A DNA stretch of 64,000 nucleotides, taken from Chiloscyllium plagiosum (taxonomy: Eukaryota). The first letter of the stretch is position 1, and each line of letters opens with the position of its first letter. The DNA lies in the NCBI RefSeq assembly GCF_004010195.1, contig NC_057758.1:7345600-7409599 (forward strand), in the 5' to 3' direction. The notes below the pieces were generated by a model. The model did no database searches. It had not been told where the DNA came from and worked only from the letters and a program-made list of their open reading frames with translations. The position numbers were made by a program, and so were the translations under genes. Positions 13,642 through 24,439 of the stretch are shown one piece after another.

Positions 13642-14168
13642 CAATTCTCTCTCACGTACACTCACACACACTCTTCCACATATGCACATATACAGATATA
13701 TGTCTATGTGGTGAATTTGCATTTGCAGATACATTCTATTTTTGCTCCGATAGCACACAGCCTGCAGGCAGTCAATTCCTATCACAGTTTATAAATCCCT
13801 ACTCTGGAAATTGAACCAGTCTGACTCAAGTTTGGGATACAGACAGACTCTAACCTCACACCGTTAATACATTGTCTGAGCTGAAATGTCCTTTTGTTTT
13901 ATAAAACCTTGGGTTATCTCTAGGATGTAACTTAAAAGAAGTTCTGGGATTTACATATTAATGAAGCGAAACCTGCAATACATTCTAAAAGGCGAAAGAC
14001 GTAACAGCAATCTAGGTTCGTTTAATATATCATTTCAATTGCATACCACTGTGATAGTTTACTATAAATTCAGTGTCTTAGGACCCCGCTGCACTCGTTA
14101 CCTGAAGTGGCAGCACTTGCAAATAAAAATTATGGACTATAACCTGGGGGTGCAGTAGGATTTTTAAC
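13440..14168. mobile_element. Deletion derivative of the inverted-repeat Penelope-like element, containing (CA)n
   Basis: Starts aaaattcacacaacaccaggttata and ends ggactataacctgg...atttttaac, matching the 8641-10240 termini. Confidence 0.75.
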
Positions 14169-14479
14169 TTTATCCCTGATAAGTAATGGTGTGACAGTCA
14201 GCTCCTTGAAGTGCTGCAGACTCTGCGACTTGGTGTCTGCCTTGCGACCATTAGAACCTACTTCTCCTGCAGAATAAACGTGGGTGTACTCCTTAAATTG
14301 GTATTCTTGCAAAGGGTCCCGATGAATGCATGATGAGCGGTAGGAGCTTGGGAGGAGCTTGGGAGAAAGCAGCACATCAGTTGAGTGTGGACTACCACTG
14401 ACAGGCCCTTCCCTCCATTCCTCTCTCCGCTGACACACACTCACACACATGCCCGAGAATTGAAACCCATACAGAGATT

Positions 14480-15355
14480 CCTCACTGCCTTGAGTATGAT
14501 GGGTGGGAGAGGTCAGCCCCAGAACCTGTTGCATACTCCCTTGTGGATGATTGGGGAGAGGACAGGGCAGACCCAGCTCCTGCTTCTCGCTCCCTTGTGG
14601 ATGATGGGTGGGAGAGGGAAGCACCGGATCATGTTGCACACTCCCTTGTGGATGGTCGGGAGAGAGGATAGGGCAGTCCGAGATCCTGTTGCACACTCCC
14701 TTATGGATGATGGGGGGTGGGGAGAGGACAGTCCCAGCTCCTGTTGCTCACTCCCTTATGAATGATGCGAGAGTGGAGAGGGCAGATCAAGCTCCTGTTG
14801 CTCACTCTTTTATGGAAAATGGGGGAGAGGGGAGGGCAGACCCAGCTCCTGCTTCTCGCTCCCTTGTGGATGATGGGTGGGAGAGGGCAGCACCGGATCA
14901 TGTTGCACACTCCCTTGTGGATGGTCGGGGGAGAGGATAGGGCAGTCCGAGATCCTGTTGCACACTCCCTTATGGATGATGGGGGGAGGGGAGAGGACAG
15001 TCCCAGCTCCTGTTGCACACTCCCTTGTGGATGATGGCGGAGGGAAGAGCGCAGTCTCAGGTCCTTTTGCTCACTCTCTTGTGGATGATGGGGAGGGGTT
15101 AGGGCACACCCAGCTCCTGTTGCTCATCCCTTATGGATGATGGGGGAGGGTAGAGGGCAGACCCAGCTCCTGTTGCTCACTCCCTTATGGATAATGGGGG
15201 AGGGGAGAAGGCAGACACAGCTACTGTTGCAAACTCCCTTGTGGATTATGGGGGAGGGGTGAGGACATTCCCAGCTCCTATTGCAAACTCCCTTGTGGAT
15301 GATAAGGGAGGAGAGATGGTAGTCCCAGCTCCTGTTGCTCATTCCCTTGTTGGGG
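14480..15355. repeat. ~59-60-bp minisatellite (cccttgtggatgatggggg...cccagctcctgttgctcact)
   Basis: About 15 units, with a higher-order block repeated at a 269-bp offset (14565 vs 14834). Confidence 0.9.
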
Positions 15356-15645
15356 ATGGATTTTCCAGAAATTGCCTGACTTGGGCGAAGACTGATCTGA
15401 CTGACTGGAATGGATGATTGGAAACGCAAGACTATTTGAACAATGGGATTCCCGCTTTTTGGAAACGTGTATGGACAGCATGATGGCCAATGAGCGATGG
15501 TGGAATGTACGGGCAAATGTGGAACTGTTAAATGAGAAAAATGAATGGGGATTGGCCAATGACAGGTGCGGAGTGTGCTGGGACTGAAGGTGTAATAGTT
15601 CAATAATGAAGGAAAGGGTGGGAGCGTCCCTATGGTTAGACATGC

Positions 15646-16221
15646 TGTGGGATATAGGTAAAGCAGTGTTACTTCTGCAACCATAATTGCTTCTGCAAGG
15701 TAAATGAACTAACACCAGTGTATAATTGGTTCAGCCAAGAATGAAAACTATATAAAGGAAATTCATAATTGCTTTTCATCAACTGAAATGTGCATACAAG
15801 AATGAAAAGTGCCTGCAAGCAATGGAAGATGTTGCAGACGAACAGTTGAGATGCAAAGAACATTGAGTTATGCCAGACTCGGCACGTTGCCCTCATATAA
15901 GACTGAAACGAGCCAAGATAGTTACAGGATAAATAAGAGTGAGGGTCGTCCGGCTTGGAGTAGGGGACAAAGTAAACAAGGGCAGAGTGCACCTAGGTTG
16001 GGGCAGAACACAATAAGTAATATTGATAGGTTTGAAGCCAGTGAGGTAAACGGGGAAGTACCGTGACAGACTCAATTAAACTGTATAAATTGTGAAATAA
16101 TTTTGGGATCGGGATGCCTATTTGCTAGACACCCATCTTGCAAGAACGTCTCAATAAAATTCGCTGTTTCAGAATTTGTCTTGGGCTGATATTTATTATA
16201 TTGTGAGCTCTGTTTCTCACA
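15646..16221 (+). repeat. 5' LTR
   Basis: tgtggg...tttctcaca, with TATAAA at 16084 and AATAAA at 16153. Homologous to 23827-24429. Confidence 0.92.
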
Positions 16222-16223
16222 AT

Positions 16224-16242
16224 TAGGGCGCTCGTCCGGGGT
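16224..16242 (+). promoter_or_regulatory. Primer-binding site, tRNA-Pro-like (degenerate)
   Basis: tagggcgctcgtccggggt lies just after the LTR and resembles the canonical PBS-Pro tgggggctcgtccgggat. Confidence 0.75.
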
Positions 16243-16531
16243 GTCCATCATCACCAGCGGGATAGACACTGTCAATCGCTAGTAAGACGTGTCCCATTCC
16301 TTTTAGTATGATCCCATGATCCTCGGTGGTGGGTTCCTCCTTCTGGTTGACTGATCAAGATCCGATGACAGTCTATCTGAATCAGGCGAAAGGTTGCAAG
16401 TAGGTACAGGGAGACATCGAGCCAGGCAACTCCGTGCATGGACCAAGGAAGGAAAACTGACTTTTAAGTACTGCCTTGGTGGCTGGGATTGAGCTCTTGT
16501 AGTTACTAAGGGACTAACGAAGGAACTCAAT

Positions 16532-18200
16532 ATGGGCTATGCCGAGGGTAAGGTAAAAATCCCCGGGAAGAAAAAAGGAAATCGAAATGGAGGCTGGGTC
16601 TCTGAAAACAGACCTCAAGAAAGTCCATTGGGCAGGATGTTGTGGAAATGGAAAAATAATATTTGTACAAGGGGAAACGATAGGAAAAAGATGATTAAAT
16701 ATTGTTGCTTTGTATGGACTGAGGAATCCATTCTTCATCCCGCCGTTTTCTGGCCAAAATATGGGTCGGACTAAGACTATGCTTGTACATAGTTGAATTT
16801 ATATGTCAATGGAAATCAGCTTTACAGTCAGGAGGAATCAGATTATGCTTCGTGTCGGAAGGGCTATTAGCTGAAGGACTACTGAGGGTAAACATCGCAA
16901 CTAAGTCATGGCCAGACATCCGAAAAAGGTTAAAAAAAAATAGAGGGCTGGAGGGAGAAGCCTCTAGAGGAGATGTTGTGGGAAGTTCAGAAAGTGTCTG
17001 TGAGATATGGTGTGTGTGTGTGAGAGAGAGAGAGAGTGAGAAAACAGCTGGACAGCTAATAGAAAGTTTAACTCTTTGTGAATCGGTTTGAATGCACATT
17101 TGTGTGTTGGTGATTGAATGTTTGTGCTTTGTTCCCTGGAGCTTGAGATCCGGGACTGTTTCGAATCTGATTTCGATTGTGGAAATTTAACATGATTTCT
17201 TTTAAGGTTAAGGATTTTACATTGATTATGAAATAAAATTTTAACTCCAATTCTTTTTACAGGCCATGAATGCCTTACTATCAGTTTGTAACTAATCTCT
17301 TTTATCCTGACATAAAAGCGATTTATGGAGGACAGTTGAAGTCTCAGTTCAACATTTGATTGTAATAAATTAAAAAAAAATCCTATGGTTAATTCCTGTG
17401 TCCTTGGATTCGGCCATTATTCTTGCATTATATTTTTTTTAAAAACTTGAGCAGACAAATACTTTTAAGGTAGCTCCAGTTATTTTACGACCTATAGCAT
17501 TATAAGTGAGCAATGACTGGTCAGGACTACTTAAGAAAACTAATTTTGGATTTAAATTAAGGAACTAAAACCGGTAATTATAGTGGATTTCGAAGTTGGG
17601 AACTGGATGCATTTTATATTTTAAATGTTAAATACTGAATAAATGAATTTATATTATATAAATATACATTTACAAGTAAGATTCCAAAATGTATAGTTAG
17701 GAACAGGCTTTAACTTTAGACAAGTATAAATTGATGTATCGGTATTTGAGGTGACAGGGAGGAAGAAATATTGCAATATTTCTTTAAAAAATCCAGATCT
17801 GAGCAAAACATCGGTTGATGAAGAATGGCCTTTACGAGGCCCTAAAGCTGTTCAATTGGTTAAATCGGCTCAGCGATTGATCCGGCAACGTAACATGAGA
17901 AGCAGAAACTAAAGGCAAAAAATAATGATAGCCACGGTTGATAAGGTAATAAAGAGAAGGCCAAAACTAAAAGCAGAAGGAAACCGGAATGGTGGCGGGC
18001 AGCATGTTGAAAATAACGGGAGGAGAAGAGATCGGGGAGGAGATGTTAAGTGGTCCGGTGGACAGGAACAAGGATCGACGTGGAAATCCCCACAGGCGGG
18101 ATGTTATTACTGTGGAAAGACAGGTCACTTTCAAAGGGAGTGTCCAGATCTGAAAAAGGAAGCAAAGGCAGTACCGTTTATGAACCTTGATGAAGAATAG
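16532..18200 (+). pseudogene. gag: ERV gag, disrupted (internal deletion and insertion)
   Basis: MA: MGYAEGK...SPLGRML...KKMIKYCCFVW...FWPKYGS. CA end: TKSWPDIRKRL. NC: CYYCGKTGHFQREC. Ends EE-TAG-G, a readthrough-type junction. Confidence 0.9.
17008..17895. mobile_element. ~0.9 kb AT-rich insertion in gag, possibly an antisense solo LTR
   Basis: The Gag peptide breaks at ...QKVSVR and resumes at EKQKLKAK. The minus strand of the insert begins tgttacg. Confidence 0.5.
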
Positions 18201-20808
18201 GGGTTTCAGGGGCTCCTTACCCCTGGGGACCCACTAGAAACCCTTGAGAAATTTGTAGGTGGTACCTTAAAAAAAGGATGTAGTTTTCCGAATCGATACG
18301 GGGGCAGCACGGTCATACATAAATTTTAAGCCCAAGGGAGTTTAAATCTCGAAAAGACTATTAACTCTTTCGGGTGTAAAAGAGGAGGGATTTACAGTTC
18401 CAGTTTTTGAACGTAAAATAATCGAAAGTGGGAAAGATATAGTCTAAAGTGAAATGTTATATATTTTTGATATCGGAAGTAATTATTGTGGAGGGATTTA
18501 ATCATACTCCTACGCTGGAGATTGGAGTAAGGGACCAGAGATTAGTGATACAAATGGCCGTCCTGACCGAGGAAGCAGAGAAGGAAATAGAACCCAGAGT
18601 GTGGGCACGGGAAGAGAATCGCGGGGGATTACATCTACCTCCTTTGGAGATCAGTTTAAAGAGAGAGGGAGACGTGGTTTGCAAAAGTCAATATCCGATT
18701 TCAATAGAGTGACGCTAAAAACTGCAGCCAGTAATTGAGGAAATAATTAAGGATTGATTACTAGAGCCCTGCATGTCTCCTTACAATACCCCTATCCTGC
18801 CAGTAAAGAAATCGGATGATAGCTATCGCCTGGTACAAAAGACCTAAGCGCAATGAACCAAATAGTAAAAGCCCGCCACCCTGTGGTCCCTCATCCCTCT
18901 ACACTACTGAGTAAGATTCCCCACGGCCATAAATAGTTCAGTGTTGTGGATCTGAATGATGCATTCTGGGCATGTCCACTGCGGAGGGTGTAGGAATCTG
19001 TTTGCCTTCGAGAGGGAAGATCCAAAAACAGGGTAAAAACAGCAGTACAGACGGACGGTACTCCCACAGGGACTTACTGAATCCCAGAATCTCTTTGGTC
19101 AGGTGTTGGAACAGGTCTTGGAGAAGTTCAATAGCCGCAAAGGAACTACTCTGTTAAAATATGTAGATGGTCTTCTGGTAACAGGTGAGAAAAGGGAATA
19201 AAACAATAGAAGCCACAAACGAATTAGTAAACTTTCTAGGACAACAAGGATTGAGGGTCTCCTAGATTAAATTGCAATACGCAGAGAAGAAAGTCGGATA
19301 TTTGGGACACCTATTCAGTGAAAGAAAACGAAAAACAAGTCCAGAAAGAATTGAGGGAATTGTGGAAATGCAGCTGCCTAAAACCAAAAGAGAATTACGA
19401 AAATTCCTGGGATTAGCGGGGTACTGTAGATTTCGGATAGACTCATATGCAAAGAAAACAAAGAAATTATACTTGAAACTATTAGAGGAAGAATCTAAAT
19501 TATTGATTTGGCCAGAAGAAGGGAGGGAATTAGTTGAGAACTAAAGAGGAATCTAATCTATACCCCTGTTCTTGCATTACCTTGCCGAGACAAGCACTTC
19601 CATTTTTTGTTATGGTCGGCAGTAGAGTGGCTCGAGGGTCCTAACCCAACGATTGGGGGCGGGGAGGTGGGGGGGAAGAAGCAACCGGTTGCCTACTTGT
19701 CTAAATTATTAGACCCAGTCTCAAGCAGGTGACGGAGTGTGTGCAGGCAGTGGCAGCAGCAACCGTATTGGTATAGGAGAGTCGGAAACTTCCTTTTGGG
19801 GGATCCTTAATATTCACCACCCCATGTCAGATACGGACCATACGAACGCTGAAAGCAGGACGATGGCTCACAGACTCTCGGATATTTCAATATGAGGCAA
19901 TCTTAATAGAACAGAATGACCTTGTGTCAGTCAAAGACAGTTGCTTGAATCCAGCTGCATTTCATTGGCAGGGAGAGGGGGTGGCCCTTGGCAATCCAGA
20001 ACACAACTGCCTTGATATTATTGAATTGACTTAAGGGACGGACCGTTGCAGCTCGCTTGTTTATCGATGGGTCCCCCCAGGTGATTGAGGGGAAAAAGCA
20101 CATTGGATATGCTGTAGTACATGAGATAGACGAAAGCGTTATCGAGGCTGAAAGACTGCCTATCGGCTGGTCAGCCCAAACTTGTGAACTCTCTGCCCTA
20201 GAAAGAGCTCTCAGAGCCTTAGAAGACAAGGAGGCAAAGGTGTACACAGATTCCAAATATGCATTTGGAGTGGTACAAATCTTCGGAAAGGTTTGGCAAG
20301 AAAGAGGACTAACAAATAGAAGAGGAAAAGAACTAACGAATGAGGAATTGATAACCAAGTGCTGGAGTGTCTGTTACACCCGAGAGAAATAGCGGTAGTT
20401 CATATAAACGGACATCAGAAGAGGAATGAACTGGAAGTCAGGGGAAATAAACTGGCCGATGAGGCACCTAAAGAAGCAGCCCTGAATTCACAGGGAGCAG
20501 TAATGTACTCCTTAATACGTGCAATTCTACATCTTCATGGTGCCCCGTCGTTTATTGAAAAGGATGAAAAGGAACTAAAACATTTTGAAGCTGCAAAGAC
20601 AGCGGATGGGAGCTGGATGTTACCCGATGGGAGGGAAATGTTAAATAAAATGCGAGAAATTATGGCTGTCTTACATGGGGGGAGTCACTGGGGAGTGCAA
20701 GAAATGTGCGATTTAGTCTTAAGGAAATATGGATGCAAAGGGATATACACAATAACCAAACAGATCTGTGAGGGAATCATAAGATTTCTATATTATATAT
20801 ATATAATA

Positions 20809-20869
<61 letters not shown>

Positions 20870-21745
20870 AAGAAGGTATTAAGGAAACAAGTCCCAGGAG
20901 GGAGAGGATCTGGGATAAGGCCATTTCAGAGAATTAAAATAGAATTTTCCGAATTACCCCGATTGGGAAGACTGATGTATATGCTGGTAATGGTTTATCA
21001 CCTATCTAGAGGGGTGAAGGCGTACTCTTTAGTCACTGCCACCACAAGTGAGGTGTCCAAGATAATACTTGAACATATAATCCCCAGGTGCGGGATAGTG
21101 GAATGCATAGATTCAGGTCAGGGAACTCATTTTACTTCCAGGGTGCTCCAGAGAGTGGTGAAGGGGTGAGGAACCTCCTGGGAGTTCCACAGCCCTTGGC
21201 ACCCAACTTCATCAGGAAAGGTTGAGAGAATGAACCACATACTCTTTAAGCAATTATCTAAATTAATAGAAGAAACAAGACTCCCTTGGACTAAGTGTTT
21301 ACATATCGCACTATTGCGAGTGCGAACGGCCCCAAGGAAAGATATGGGGATGTCCCCTTATGAGATATTGTTTGGCCTGCCCTATCTAGTAAAGAAAGTG
21401 GAACTGGCCACTCCGGAGACTAAAGATTTGTTCTTAAAGAATTATATACTGGGCTTGTTCTCCTCTTTGCCCTTTCTCAGGAAAAAGAGTTTATTGGCAC
21501 AGACTACATCCCTTAAATTAACTGTACATCCGATCCAACCGGGGGATTGGGTTCGAGTCGAATCATGGACTGTGACCAAATTGCAACCAGAATGGGAGGG
21601 GCTGTACCAAGCATTCTTAACCACTGAAACCCCGATAAGAATGGCAGAGATAGTCGGATTAAAGGGCCAGTGGAATGTCCAGTTGAGAGAGAAGTCTGGA
21701 CATCCGAATCGACAAAAGAAATACTTAAACTTCAGCTAAAAAGAC
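18201..21745 (+). pseudogene. pol: ERV pro-pol (protease, RT, RNase H, integrase), many stops and frameshifts
   Basis: DTGA (~18295), SPYNTPILPVKK, LPQG (~19061), YVDG for YVDD (~19160), LRKFLGLAGYCR, FIDGS, YTDSKYAFG, HINGHQ, HGGSHWG, DSGQGTHFT, SSGKVERMN. A (TA)n expansion lies at ~20790-20866. Confidence 0.93.
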
Positions 21746-21839
21746 TTTAAATAACTGATTATGCAGTAGAGATGCGAGCGCGTGATATTTTCTGTAGTAT
21801 TGTATGTTAAGTGTCTCGGTGATTCAGCACCACTGTAGA

Positions 21840-23656
21840 ATGGGAAGAACGTTTAGGTACACTATATTAGCTTTTCTCATCATAGGATTCTATCAGGCTA
21901 TTGTGTCGTCGTCTTACTTAGTGACAACAGTTCCCGAAAGTACAAATCTACAAGTCATAGAAGCTTATACCTACAGTCTGGTGCATTGTGGAGATGTAAG
22001 AAATCTTAGGCAATGCAGCAACTCAGAAATACATCTTAGTTTCTATTAAAAAGGTCCCGAAAGGGGGGCATGGGATAAGACGAAAGGGAAGAAATGTCCC
22101 GGAGAGAGAAGTATAAGGGAAATCTTTGAGTAAAGAATGGCGGAGGCAGGAAGCCCTCAGAGTTGATCTCTTGATTAATCCACTCGTTACAATACACCAA
22201 GGCCCTTTCCGGCCAGCTCTGGCCTGTACAGATAAAAAGTGTAACCCAATATATTTACCAACAAAGAAAACCTCATGGTATGAAGCAGTTTTAGGGGGAG
22301 AAACCTATCAGGTCCAATTAGATCAAATATTTGGAATAGAGATGAAAGCAGACAGAAGAATTTCCTGGAATTTTGTTTTAAAATACAGGTGAAAGACAGA
22401 ACCCGATTAGGAAAAAGGAATAGCAGAGTCACTTACTCTGAGTCTAAGGTGATAAAAATTGTGGAGGTAAAGGACTTAAAGCAGACCATTGAAGTAGAAA
22501 CAGCTGGGATACTAATGCCTGGTTTGAATGGGTAAAGCGCACTGTGAAAAGTTTGCATAAAAGCAATTGGTGTGCATGCGCCTCAGGGAGACCAATGCCC
22601 CAAGTAGTCCCCTTTCCACTCGGCTGGAAGCGAGACAGGAGAGGTATGACATGCACGATATCCCTCTATCAGGGTGAGACGACAAGGACTAATAAATATT
22701 GTATTCCCTTTCTATGAAAGTTCCCTCTTTTAAAGAAGAAACGCTGAAAGACCCCACCACCTCCGCCCCACCACCATCGGAAATCACACATCGTGTGTAA
22801 ACAGGCGAGGAACAAATCGGTCCAGATATTTGGGGGAACTGAAAGCATGTGCCGAAATTCAGCACGTGTCCGAAAAGGGAGGGAAATACTCCGCATTAAG
22901 GATTCCCCGAGCGGATCTGTGGTGGTACTGCGGAGGGAAAATATTGAGACCCACCCGACCTATAGATTGGAGGGGCATGTGTGCAATTGTATAATTGGCA
23001 ATTCCGTTCACCTGGGCATTTAAAAAGAAAGAGATCGTAAAGGAAGGGGGACGAAGAAAGAGATCACGATTGGGTACTTCGTTTGTGAGTCCCAAGAGGG
23101 GTACCTGATGAGTTCAAGGCTCGTAACTAGATCACGGCAGGCGTTGAATCAGCACTGTTCTGATGGGTAACTGTCAGCAAAAATGTGGACTGGATAAATT
23201 ATATTTTCTACAATCAGCAAAGCTTCATCAATTACTCTAGAGACGCAATAAAAGGTATAGCCGAACATCTTGATGCAACTAGCAGAATGGCATGGGATAA
23301 TAGAATGGCCATAGGTATGACCCGAGCAGAAAAAAGCGGGAGTGTGTGTAATGTTAGGAGGGAGCTGTTGTATCTTTATTCCAAATAACCCTGCCCTAGA
23401 TGGGTCAACGACTCGAGCCCTGCAAGGTCTAACACGAGCGGAAGAACGAGCTAAACATTCAGGAGTCATCACATCATTGACTGGGTGGTTACAATTGTGG
23501 CTTGGAAAGTGGAGGGGTGTGGTGGTTTCAGTCCTTACCTCCATGAGCGTAGTGGTGGTCGTTCTAATCGCAATAGGATGCTGCATCATGCTTTGCGCAC
23601 GGGGGTTAATCAAAAGGTTGATTGAAACAGCTTTGGACATGCAAATGCCCCTATAA
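21840..23656 (+). pseudogene. env: ERV env (gamma-type, HERV-I/ERV-Pb-like TM), defective
   Basis: Hydrophobic leader (YTILAFLIIGF), degenerate CxxC (~22565), furin site RRKR (~23052), PDEFKARN, NVDWINYIFYNQQ, ISD-like WDNRMAIGM, CX6CC (CVMLGGSCC) and a TM anchor. Confidence 0.9.
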
Positions 23657-23809
23657 AGCGATCGGGGGGAAAGGGCTCTACCTGTTAAACAATTGAGGGA
23701 ATAAGTGACCGCGGGGAGATTTCCAAAATAAATGAAATTTCGGAGAAGATGCTGGTCAATTTGGAAGCGAGATATAAGAAAAAAATGCATAAGATAACAA
23801 ATGATAATT

Positions 23810-23825
23810 AAAGAAAAAGGGGAAA
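23810..23825 (+). promoter_or_regulatory. Polypurine tract
   Basis: aaagaaaaaggggaaa lies just before the 3' LTR. Confidence 0.9.
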
Positions 23826-23826
23826 T

Positions 23827-24429
23827 TGTGGGTTATGGTAAACCAGTGTTACTTCTGTAACCATAATTGCTTATTAACATCAGTATATAATTGTTTCAGC
23901 CAAACTAATAATTGCTTATTAAATAAAATAATTAACACAGGAATGAAAACTATGTGTAAGGAATACATAGTTACTTTTCATTAGTTAAAATGTGCATACA
24001 GGAATGAAATGTGCCTGCAAACAATGGAGGATGTTACAGACAAACAGATAAGGTGAAAAAGAACATCATGATATGCCAAGCTCAGCACATTTCCTTCATG
24101 ACAGCATGAAAGCGAGCCAAGCCACTTAGAAATAAGGGACAGGATAAATACGGGTGAGGGTCGCCCGGCTTGGTGCAGGGGGAGAAGTAAACAAGGGTGG
24201 AGTGCAGCTAGGTAGGGGAAGATCACAATAAGGAATATTGATTGGTTTGAAAGCCAATGAGGTAAACGGTGAAGTATCGGGAATGAAACTGCATAACTTG
24301 TTGACTAATTTCTGGATTAGGGTGCCTACTTATTCGCAACCGTCCTTGCAAGAACGTTTCAATGAAATTCGCTGCTTCAGAATTTGACTCGGACTGAAAT
24401 CTATTCTATTGTGAGCTTTGTTTCTCACA
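23827..24429 (+). repeat. 3' LTR
   Basis: tgtggg...tttctcaca. The poly(A) signal position reads aatgaa. Confidence 0.92.
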
Positions 24430-24439
24430 CACGGTACAG

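Larger units (their letters stand above)
15646..24429 (+). mobile_element. Endogenous retrovirus, class I (gamma/HERV-I-like), defective provirus
   Basis: Two TG...CA LTRs, PBS, gag (MA, CA C-terminus, CCHC), pro (DTGA), RT, RNase H, IN, env and PPT in canonical order. Confidence 0.95.

Noticed and set aside
21745..21840. Possible accessory gene between pol and env
   Set aside because: The interval is too short and the small ORFs nearby are env fragments.
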